From NCBI GenBank assembly GCA_965213685.1, contig CBDBZY010000016.1, positions 192,001-256,000 on the forward strand: a stretch of 64,000 nt of DNA, read 5' to 3'. Under the pieces are notes generated by a model. That model did no database searches. It was not told the DNA's origin and saw nothing but the letters and a program-made list of their open reading frames with translations. Position 1 is the first letter of the stretch, and each line of letters opens with the position of its first letter. The position numbers and the translations under genes are program-made. This DNA is from a bacterium. GTDB lineage: Bacteria; UBA8248. Below are positions 12,174-23,016 of the stretch, one piece after another.

Positions 12174-14288
12174 ATGGCTAAGAAGCAGGAAGTTCCCTCC
12201 CTCACCCCTCGAGACCTCACCCTCCCTGGTAGGTCCCTCCCTCCTGCCATGCCCCTCATCATCTCCACCCAAGACAGGTGGGACCCTCACAGCTGCAAGC
12301 TGGAGACTCACCAGCACAACAGCCAACCACAACACCTACAGCTAGTCACAGACACTCTACAACTGCTGGGAACCATCAACAAGCCTGTGGCTGTCCTGTC
12401 CATCTGTGGCCCCTACCGCTCAGGGAAGTCCTACTTCATCTCCCGACTGCTGGGCAGGCCTGGGACCTTTCAGCTGGGCCACAGGATGCAAGCCTGTACA
12501 CGTGGAATCTGGATGGCCACCACTATCCTGGAGTGTGAGCAGTTTGCCATAATAATGCTAGATACAGAAGGTATCGATGCCATTAGAGCCTCCGAGACCA
12601 TGGATGCGAGCTTGCTGACTGTCACCACACTCCTCAGCTCCTACCTCATCTACAACTCCAAGAAGGTGCCCCAGAAGGTGGACCTGGACAAGATGAGGTG
12701 CTTCACCCAGCTTTCCAGGTCTCTGCTCGTGCAGAAAGGGGAGTCCATGAGGGCAGAGATCATGAGGAAGTTCTTCCCTCACTTTCTGTGGCTACTGCGA
12801 GATGTGACACTGAAAGTGACAGACAGAGTTGGCCAGACCATCCCAGCCACTGAGTTCCTGCACACTCGTGTGCTGGCATCAGAAGCTGGCCAGCCTACAG
12901 AGCTGGGCAAGTCTCTTTGCAGCCTCTTCCCCTCACTGGAATGCCACACTCTTCCTATGCCAAGCATCAACCCCAAAGTCATCAAGAACATTGTGGAGCA
13001 ACAGGACAAGCTGAAACCAGCATTCAACAAGGCAGTGGATCAACTGATCCAGCGAATCCTGCAGCAAGTCACGCCCAAGAAAGCCATTGATGGAGTGAGT
13101 GTGGTGGATGGCCCAGCTCTAGCTGCTCTGACCCGTGGCTATGTGGATGCCATCAACACACCAGGAGCAATACCAGACCTGGAACAAGGCTGGCAGGCTG
13201 TCATCAAGTGGAAACTGAAGGAACTATCACACAAGCTAGTGGAGGAGTACAGGAGAGAGATGGAGGAATGTTTAGGAGACAATCTTCCCATGGAGGAGAG
13301 GAATCTGATGAGAATCCACCAACAGACACTGAGCAGGAAAAGAGAGTCACTGCAGCAGGAGATCCGTCGACTCAAGCCATTGAGTTCCACCTCTGGAGAC
13401 AAAGACCCAGTCCTGAGTCAACTGGAGCAGGCAATCAGTCAGACAAACGAGGGGGGTGAGGTGATTGGGGGGGTCCTGTTCCAGTTCACCACTCACAACT
13501 ACTCCAAGTCCAAGCAGCAGTGTGAAGAGGTGCTGGTGGAAGCAGTGAAGAGCAGTGGAATACGCAAGAAGTGTCAGGAAGCCTTCATCAACTCACAGCC
13601 ACTGGACATAATGGCAGAGATACAGGAGATTGACAGGCAATACCACAGGCAAGCTGTTGGACCAGCAGCCAGTGAAGTGCTGGAGAAAGGCCACAGAGAA
13701 CTGAACCAACTGGGAGACTCACTCAAGAGAATTCCTGGCCCACCTAGTGAGGTGGAGGTCATTGGACGGGGACCTGATCGAGTGAAGCTGAGCTGGCAAC
13801 CTCCAGAGAAGAACCCTGAGGCTGCTGAGAGCTATGTGGTGTGGAAACAAGAGGAGGGGATGGAGTGGGAGAGGGTGAGGGAGACAAAGAAGACCAAAAT
13901 CCTCATCACTGGACTGAAGTCAGGGACAAAGTACCAGTTCAGAGTCACAGCCACTAATGACCTGATTAAGAGTGTGACTATAACACAGGACTCACAGACA
14001 TTGTGGTCAAAAGCTAAGATGGGAGCTATTGCTGGTGGTGCAGGAGCAATTGGTCTGTCTCTGATGCCAGTTGCACTTGCTATTCATGTTATGAGTGATA
14101 AAAAAATGAGTATAAAAATGGCAGTAGCCATATCAGTCGCCACTGCACCAATCAGCCTCATATGTGCTCCAGTTACTGCTACTGTGGGTGGAGTTTGGTT
14201 TGCTAGGCAAATGATCAATTTGTGCTACCACAGTGGAGACCTGTCCCCAGAGAGTGATGATGAGACGTCATGTGACTCCACAGAATGA
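12174..14288 (+). CDS. GBP-FN3-hydrophobic hairpin protein, copy G2 (N-terminal type B, MAKKQEVP)
   Basis: Same motifs as G1 and an intact single ORF; an alternative upstream ATG lies at 12081. Confidence 0.92.
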   Translation: MAKKQEVPSLTPRDLTLPGRSLPPAMPLIISTQDRWDPHSCKLETHQHNSQPQHLQLVTDTLQLLGTINKPVAVLSICGPYRSGKSYFISRLLGRPGTFQLGHRMQACTRGIWMATTILECEQFAIIMLDTEGIDAIRASETMDASLLTVTTLLSSYLIYNSKKVPQKVDLDKMRCFTQLSRSLLVQKGESMRAEIMRKFFPHFLWLLRDVTLKVTDRVGQTIPATEFLHTRVLASEAGQPTELGKSLCSLFPSLECHTLPMPSINPKVIKNIVEQQDKLKPAFNKAVDQLIQRILQQVTPKKAIDGVSVVDGPALAALTRGYVDAINTPGAIPDLEQGWQAVIKWKLKELSHKLVEEYRREMEECLGDNLPMEERNLMRIHQQTLSRKRESLQQEIRRLKPLSSTSGDKDPVLSQLEQAISQTNEGGEVIGGVLFQFTTHNYSKSKQQCEEVLVEAVKSSGIRKKCQEAFINSQPLDIMAEIQEIDRQYHRQAVGPAASEVLEKGHRELNQLGDSLKRIPGPPSEVEVIGRGPDRVKLSWQPPEKNPEAAESYVVWKQEEGMEWERVRETKKTKILITGLKSGTKYQFRVTATNDLIKSVTITQDSQTLWSKAKMGAIAGGAGAIGLSLMPVALAIHVMSDKKMSIKMAVAISVATAPISLICAPVTATVGGVWFARQMINLCYHSGDLSPESDDETSCDSTE

Positions 14289-14712
14289 CATGACCATACT
14301 CTATGGCTAACTATAGCTGCTCTTGTGTGTACACGTTCATGTACTCTCATACCCGCCACAATACACACAACATGCACATGTATTTTGATATGGAGTGGAT
14401 GTAACTGACAAGGACAGTTATTGCCAATACAAGCCTTGTTTATATGACATTGTTAGCATGACATTGTGTTGGCATGGCAACAGCATATAAATGAGAACCC
14501 ATCAGTAGTGTGGGTGGAGCCAGAGAGGTCACCAGTGGGTAGCACACACAGCAGTGATCATCACTGGTTGTCATGATGAGATGGGCCCCTGTCATCAAAT
14601 CAACCACAATTATTATGGAGTTGCCATGTCCCCAGCCACAGAGCAGTGCTAGCCTCATTCCCTGGCCTTCCCCCACATGCCAGCACAACACCACACCCAG
14701 CATGGTGGAGTG

Positions 14713-14792
14713 TAGTCTCGTGAACCAGACCGTATTCCATGAACGCGCTCGCGCATGCGCGTTCACGGAATACGGTCTGGTTCACGAGACTA
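14713..14792. mobile_element. 80-bp palindromic TAG...CTA element with perfect 9-bp TSD
   Basis: tagtctcgtgaaccagaccgtattcc...ggaatacggtctggttcacgagacta, with TSD ggtggagtg at 14704-14712 and 14793-14801; empty sites occur at ~2770, ~25555 and ~41895. Confidence 0.85.
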
Positions 14793-17700
14793 GGTGGAGT
14801 GCTTGTGTGTGGAGGGCAGTCTGGGAAGAAGGCTAGAGTGATGTGGATTGAATGACCATAAACTAATTATTATACACTGTACATGTAGTGGTGAGTGTTA
14901 TGAGCACTGCTAGTGATGAGTATCATGACTTGTGTTCCTGTGTTGACTGAGTGTTGAGGTGATTGTGGTTCTCTTGGCCTGATCCACAGCAGTGGGAACA
15001 TTCCAATCAAACATCTGATGATGATACCAGCACAGCGACCCTGAGACGGGGGAAGAGGAAGATGAGAAAGAGAGTGAGTACATTAAAACACCAGAGAAAG
15101 GAAGGAGAGAGGCAGGCAGGCAGGCAGACAAGCAACCAAGCAAGTAGGCAGACAGACAGATAGACAGACAGACAGACAACTGTATCCACTTCAGGAGAGA
15201 AGCTTCATAGATGCCATAGGGTGGGTAGTATACACAACATTTTGGCTATTATGCCCCCCTCAGTGTGATGTACAAACACGAGATAGAGGTGCTCTATATT
15301 GAGGGTGACTATTAATGGCTGAGCCAGCATGCCAGGTACTACAGAGCAAGGTTAATTAGGATGCAGAGATAAAATTATGACAAGCATTGTAACATGCTGG
15401 ACAGGAGTTGTGCATGTACAATGCATCACAGACTATCGACGCTGAGGTTCACGCCTGTGAGATGAGAGGTCCCCAGGAGCCTTTATATCCACTTGCTCTC
15501 CCTATAAAACTCCTGGAGACCTCTCATCCCAATGTGATAGCGAAGGAACCCCCCAGAGTGAAATTTGGGGTCCCCGGAATATCATTCTCTCCAGAGCGCT
15601 AGCAAGGCACACACACATCCACTGTAGCACGACTGCACCCCATGCCACAGTATCATACATGCCACAATAAACAGAACTCAGAACCACTAATCGTAACTGA
15701 AAGTAGTTTACCAAAAATTGCGAGTACATGGCCAAAAATTTAATCCCGATTCGAGGACGTAAACGTGCGCGATACGGTACGGAATTACAGTATCGGTACG
15801 TTCAGTTGGGGCAGTCCCATTGTATTTTTTGTATGGGGTCTGCCTTACAGCTCGAATCGACATGTAAACCCAGTGTCGGTTCGAGGCCCTAAGGGCCTTA
15901 CGTGCTCGATTCGAGCTCCTCCTTGTCCTCGATTCGATACCTTACGGCAGTCGGTATCGAATCGAGCCCAATAATTTTTGGCTGTGTAGGGGCAGAGCCT
16001 GGGAACGAGCTAGGCTAACATGGCCTCCCTCTGCTCGAGCAAAGTTGCGCGACCTTGACCCCCGCGGCTTAGCTACCGTAAACACCGGTTGTTAGGCGCA
16101 TGCGCCAATAGATGCAAACGGTAAGATAATATGCGCTTAATAACGGATATGCGCTAAACAATGAGATTTTCCGTATACATTCCGTATACCGCTGTTATAG
16201 TGTCCGTAAATTTACCCGCACCTTGTACGGTAGCGTTCAGCTTTCGAGTGTTGTACGTGGACACCACGTGTACAAAACTGTCACTAGCTTTAGCTTTTGT
16301 AGCTTTTACGCTTATCTGTGGGAGTCTATCCATCGTCAACGTTGTCTGCTCTGCCCATAGATATTTACCTTACGGTAAATATCTATGCTCTGCCGTTGTC
16401 CGCTGCCTTGTGACTACGAGCCGTGTATTTATCGCATGCGCCTAATAACGGGTGTGGCGGACGTCTAAAAACTATGCGCTTAACAGTGAAGTATACGCTT
16501 AATAACGAGGTGCGCCTAACAATCGGTGTTTACGGTATTTTCGGAGTTCAAAAATCACTCAACAATATCGCGCGTGTGGGTCTGTATATGCTGCATGAGC
16601 TTTCTCTCGAACTTCTCTCGAACTTCTCGGTGTTTTGGAAGGGTAGCCAGTGCTTTCTGCATTGTACGTGGAGAGAGAAACAACTTGTAACAGTGCTACA
16701 TACTGGTAATGCTCTACATCAATTAGTCAAGAATCACAACTAGATGGGACCTATTGTACATGTACATGTACATGTACAGGTATGTGGTGAACTATAGGGC
16801 CTCCTTATCTTCAATGAGGTCGGTATAGCCGGGGCGGGGGGGGGGACTAGCACAAAGCTGTAGGTTGTTGACACACCCATACATGTAGATAACCGGGATT
16901 GGAAACTACTCACATAATGCAAAACCATAGATACTCAACTTTGCTATCTATAGTTGTAAGTACTAAGACATCAGACTATGTAGTGGAGCTATAGCTTGCC
17001 TTACTTCTGTCTGCCCAAAGACGAGATGAAGTGAGTTAGTCATGCATGTGATTATTGTGCTTGTCCTACTTTCCGAGGTACAGTCATCCTTACAATGCCA
17101 TGGATTGTCAAAATTGAGTGTTCTATGATAGTCGACATATTTCAGTTTTAGGCTATAGTCTAAAATAGGGGGTATGTCTTGTTTTTAAAGGGAGTATGTG
17201 CTCTTTCTGTGAGAGGGGTACATCTTGTAGGGGATATGTCTTGTTTTAGTGTGTGTTCTGTAAGTGGGCGGGTTCTGTGGGAAGAGGTGCATGCATGTCT
17301 TGCTCCCTTCAAAACCAAGACATCCCCACTTTAAAACTAAGACATACATGTACTCCTCCTCACAGACAGAACACATACACTTGTACCTCCTACAAATGAA
17401 AAGCACTGAAGTGCAACCCTTCGGCACACAGTGGCTGCAATGGTACAACTCACTGCACAAGCACACTGAGGGTTAACAAGACATATCCCCTCACACAGAA
17501 GACGAGCCCATTTCCACAGAGCACATCTCCTATTTTAGCAAAACTAGAGCCTAAAAGTGAAATGTGTGGACTATCAATTTTGACACTGATCACCACCATA
17601 CACATTCACATGTTGAATGTCCTACATTTATGTGTGCACAGTTATACCTCTTTTGCATGTTGTTCACCACTCCTTTCTTCTGCATTGTGTGTTCCAGGAG

Positions 17701-17910
17701 CCTGGATGAAACAAAGATAGACAAAAGAACATCGTTTGAAAGCACAAAGTTACACCTAGCATCCAATAGTTTTTGTAACACTTACATGTTGGTCTGCATT
17801 TCCCACAGTAAGTTCTTCCTGATGCCTCTCGCTGTTACTGTCATCTGAACTGCCATCTTCGTCTTGGCTGTCATCTCCATGTCCAACATCCTCTCTAGGA
17901 GGATCTTCTC

Positions 17911-20002
17911 CTACCCACCCTCTACGGTGCCATCATTTTCTTGCCCACCACTGTCTCTGTTGTGTTGGCTGTCATCTTCTTGCCCACCACTGTCTCTGTT
18001 GTGTTGGCTGTCATCTTCTTGCCCACCACTGTCTCTGTTGTGTTGGCTGTCATCCTCTTCTTGCCCACCATCCTGTCTTGTATTGTTACGGACTGTTGCA
18101 TCACATATCCTGCCCTCTCCACTGTCAGAAGCCTGAGTGTAAGTATGTAGACAAACATCACTGACATGTACATGTACATGTACAATGCTTGTGTACACAA
18201 TCATCTTCATAATTACATCAAAACATGTTTATTCCAAAGATTAAATCAAAGAAAGAAAGGAAGGAGGCAGGAAGAACACCAGGGTTTCATATAGGATTGA
18301 TTGCTGGAAAACTACTCTAACAATATCATGTACACAAAATGTACACTACAACCCACCATGTTATTATTAACCAAGGACACATACAAAGAGGATGCCTAGC
18401 CTTGAGCAGATGTACACACGTATATGAGGTAATGTATCCCCTGAAGTAATTACCTCTCCCAGATCTTCTTCATCAATTTTCCCCCTCAGTTTTGTGTCCG
18501 GAATCACCAAGGATCTGGGGGGTTGTCCGAACACCAATTCATATGGTGTGTGCTTTGTTGTTTCATGCACTTGAGTGTTCAGAGTATCTAGGTGAACAAA
18601 GTTTCACAAAGTGACTGCATGGCCATCAGACACAGCCAGTTAATACATGAATGTACTTACAGGTAATATGGGGAAGCCAATCTGACCATGGAGGTTGTTG
18701 CATTCCACTTTCGGAAATCCTCGCACTCATCATCCGCTCCAGAGTGTAGTGAGCCTGCTCCACTAATCCTTGGGACTGGGGGTGGCGAGGCCGACCACTC
18801 ACGAGTTGCACCTGTCCAGGCCAAGTCGCTACGACCTCTTCTATGAGTTTGTTAACAAACTCCCGGCCATTATCACTCTGGAGAATGCTGGGTAATCCCA
18901 TGACTGGGAACACCCACTTCTCAAGTGCATTTGCAACATCCCTGGCAGACTTGGAGACCAGGGGGTAGGCAAAGTGGAATTTGGACCAGTGGTCCACTAC
19001 ATGTAGAATCCACTTGTAGCCATTGTGAGGCGCATGCCTCATGTCAATAAGATCAATCTAAAAGAAAAAATATGCCACATGGATTAGACACAATTCCCTG
19101 ATGATGCAATCCAAAATTTTTTTGAGTTTCTACCTGCACACGAGAGAAGAGCCCATTAGTCAAAATGGGACGTAGTGGAGGCTGAGTAGCCTGAGGCTTG
19201 CGCAGGTTGCATGTAGGACACAGTTTCACGTACTGTTCGACCACGCTTCTTGGCAGGTGGGAGTACACACTTTGGATCTATCAAAGGAAAACATATCAAG
19301 TAAGTGATGCGAGATTAAAGAAGTGCAGGCAGGCCATACACATGTGAAAAAATTTCATGTTCAATGTCAGCTGATCCTACAAGACATACATGTAGAGTAC
19401 ATCGCAAATGTGAGAAAGTTCAGCAGCCAACATACCCTGGCAAAGGTTTTCTTGAGGCCAGCATGTAGGCAGTCCTTGTTATGGACTTGTTGCAAGATCC
19501 CATAAAACTCTTCTGCCACTGCCACTCTCCTGTAGCCACTCATCATGGTGCGGTCATTCTCATTCTGGAAGTAAACACAGGTGGTAAAAACAAAGAATTA
19601 CAATGTGATATCCACTTGTGAGTAGTACTTTTCTGAAGCAAGTGTTGGCTTGATTTTAGAGGTGAACTACAAGTCTTAAACAGACACTACTTTATGCCAA
19701 CATGTACGTGTACAGTTGTATATAACTGGTTTACTACTACATACACGCACCTTCTTCTCTTCTTTCACTCGAATCACCAAAGCGTCCCTAATCCCCACAG
19801 AAGGCAGATCGAGAAGTTCGAAACCGCTCTTCTTGACGAAGTGGCGAAATCCCTTGTCTGCGTCCTGCTGCTCGCCTTTAAGGTAGTTGACTATCTTCCG
19901 TGCAAAGGACTCTCTGACTATCGCACTCCTCGTACGCTTGCCATCACTTGGGAACGTTTCGTCCAGGTACGTCTGAAAGACAGTCTCGCTATCGTTGGCC
20001 AT
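17911..20002 (-). CDS. Spliced integrase-like (rve) DDE transposase with HHCC zinc finger, KRBA2/SCAND3-like
   Basis: Exons 19751-20002, 19436-19564, 19134-19277, 18661-19057, 18454-18587 and 17911-18132 stay in frame. Motifs: HNKDCLHAG...CPTC, IDLIDM, VDHWSKF, LQSDNGREF, RPRHPQSQGLVE, HTPYELVFG. A probable frameshift lies in the acidic tail near 17912. Confidence 0.85.
17940..18070. repeat. 36-bp coding tandem repeat (GGQEDDSQHNRDS x3) in the transposase tail
   Basis: Three copies of cttgcccaccactgtctctgttgtgttggctgtcat. Confidence 0.9.
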
Positions 20003-21118
20003 CGTGTACGCGTCACATCGACAGTTGACTGACGCCTCGACAGTACGTAAGACCGTAAATCCTCAGTGCGCAAACTTATTGTCCGGTTGATCAACCGGGC
20101 ATCCGGTTGATTAACCGGATGTCCGGTTAATCAACGGGGCAGCGGTTGCGCATCCGGGCGGAACATATATATTTCGCCAGGTCGCTTACGTGGCCACTCG
20201 GGCCCCCGTACGAATGCGCGCGTGATACAAGTGTACAGCACTCAACTAGCTGGGTAAGAACTTTTTGGACTGTGCAAGTGCTCTTCAAACTCACCTTACT
20301 GCAAGAAATCAAAAGAGGTGGCTAATGTGCTGCGGTGGCTGACGGGATGTGATATCTTAGACGTGAGCAGTCACTGAGAGATTTTCGTAACTGAACATGC
20401 GCACCTTACATCATCATTACACAATATCACGTAAGCAATATCCGCCACAGAGAAGCGAACATACGTTACCATACATGGAGTACCACACTCCAAATACATC
20501 ACACAGGACAGCTATAATTATGTGTACATGGCACTGCTAGACACATACATACAATATTGAGGAAGGTGAATTGACGTACATGTACAATACAACCTGCTCA
20601 GCTTACATTGTTAAACAATGGTCTGTTCAACTTCAACCCTCTTCAGACATAATTGTTATATCGTTTTTCACTTCACATGATCATGCAGCTCAAAGCATGT
20701 CATGTAACTGCAAGTTCATAACTCTCTAGCTTTTGCCTTGATGGGAGACAAAGTACCTGAACAAGTTCTGCCTGTCCATACTATGAGGAATAGCATATTT
20801 CCCTGCATGTATTCAGTAAACATGATAGTATGAGAGCGCATGTATGTGTGTTACTACAAGATAAGAAGAGTTTCCATACAGCAGTCCTCCTTGTCAAAAT
20901 CACAGAAGCAGCAGCTCTATAGCCTTGAGACTCAGCTATACTTTTGGAAACATTGCATGAATGAAGTATCCCACACAACAATATATACATACACTACTCC
21001 ATTTTGGACATGCACATTGTACTCTACTCACTAGCTACTGGTGTCATGTGTACTGCAATGTATATACAGCCCAACTTCCATTCACAGCACAGGTAGTAGG
21101 GTAGCAGCCACTAATGAC

Positions 21119-21418
21119 ATGATTAGGAGTGTGGCTGCAACGCAAGATTCATGGACAAATGATTCAAAAGCTTCAGCAGTAGCTTATGGTGGTGTCATAG
21201 GAAGTTTGTGCTCACTGGCCCCAGCTACACTTGCTATTAGTAGGTTTGGGTTGAGTACAGGAGAAGCAGTGACCATATCAGTTGCCACTGCACCTATCAG
21301 CCTCATATGTGCTCCAGTTACTGCTCCTGTGTTTGCAGTTTGGGCTGCTAGGGACATGATCGAGAGAGAGTGTGACTGGGGAGACCTGTCCCCAGAGAGT
21401 GATGATGAGATGTCATGA
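21119..21418 (+). pseudogene. GBP C-terminal-only remnant, duplicate of 2036-2335
   Basis: Translation is identical to the 2036-2335 ORF. Confidence 0.75.
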
Positions 21419-23016
21419 CTCCACAGAGTGACATGTCAATACTCTATGGCTAGCTATAGCTGCTCTTGTGTGTACACGTTCATGTACTCTCATACCTGCC
21501 ACAATAAACACAATGTGCACATGTACTTATTATGAAGTAGATGTAACTGACAGTAACAGTAACTATTAGAATATTTATCAATACAGGCCTTGTTTTCGTG
21601 ATATTGTGTTGGCATGGCAACAGCAGACTCTGAGTGAGCATCCTAGTGTGGGTGGAGCCAGAGAGCTCGAGGTCACCAGTGGATAGCACACACAGCAGTG
21701 ATCATCACTAGCTGGTTGTCATGACAAGATGGGCCCCTGTCATCAACCACAATATTATTATTATGGAGTTGCCATGTCTCCAGGCACAGAGCAGTGCTAG
21801 CCTCATTCCCAGGCCTTCCCCCACATGCCAGCACAACACCACACCCAGCATGGTGGAGTGCTTGTGTGTGGGGGGCACTCTGGGAACAAGGCTAGAGTGA
21901 TGTGAATTGATACATAGCAAATGACCGTAAACATCATAATAATTATACACTGTAGTGGTGAGTGTTATGAGCACTGCTAGTGATGATCATGACTTGTGTT
22001 TCTCTGTGGTGACTGAGGGTTGAGGTGATTGTGGTTCTCTCGGCCTGATCCACAGCAGCAGGAACATTCCAATCAAACATCTGATGATGATACCAGCACA
22101 GCGACCCTGAGATGAGGGAAGAGGAGAATGAGAAAGAGAGTAAGTAACCAGAGGAAGAGGTACATGTATGAGAGTGGAAGCAGATAAGCAGGCTGGCAGG
22201 CCAAAGGCAGGCAGACAGATACAGACAGACATGGAATTTTGACTCCATAGAATAACATGACAATGGCTCCTCTTGTGTGGTAGTACAACCTCTTGCACTC
22301 TCATACCTGCCATAATTATAGCCTCGTTCCCAGGCTCTTTTCGGGCCTGGATACGAGGCTAACCTAAACATCACATCAACCAGGTCCTTGCACCACCCCA
22401 CCAGGCGGGCCACTGAATGTACCTGGCGTCCAACACTGTTGTTACGCTCAAAATATGCCATTTGCTGACTGAACTAAGTCAAACAATTACATGTACACAA
22501 TGATCGTATACCCCAGCAGATGGCGGCGGTACTTTAGACCACAGAATATCAATGACTAGACATCATTAGCGTATTCTCACAAGCCTCCAATCTACCTGCA
22601 TATTTACTAGAGATCTATGGACCAGCCAAGAATGCGGATAATTATATCACTGTTACCTACAATGTACTGCCCACTCGCTACTCGGTGCCCACTACTGAAC
22701 ACCAGCACCGTGTAGCGCCATATACGCTAAATATTGACGGTATAGCTATTTGCTAAACACCAAAGCTATTTACTAAACATACTAGTAAATATCCCCTATG
22801 TACTAGTAAACATACTAGTACATAGGGGATATACCCTTTGCTATATCCCCTTAAAAAATTAGGGTTTTCAAATTTGGGCCAACAGCACCCCATAATTCTT
22901 TGAAGAGTAGTACGTCACAGCATAGATATCTATGGTCACGGCGGTGTGGGGGAGGTCCCTACGTTTAGAATGCGACGCACAGGTATTAGAGCCCACCAGT
23001 AGCTTTGCTCATATGC

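Larger units (their letters stand above)
16585..20165 (-). mobile_element. Ginger2/GIN-like DDE DNA transposon, one end truncated
   Basis: Absent from the otherwise near-identical copy, where it replaces 1048-1082. The intact end reads TGTTCCGCCCGG on the minus strand next to tatata, with subterminal palindromic repeats. It contains a spliced integrase-type transposase gene. Confidence 0.8.
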
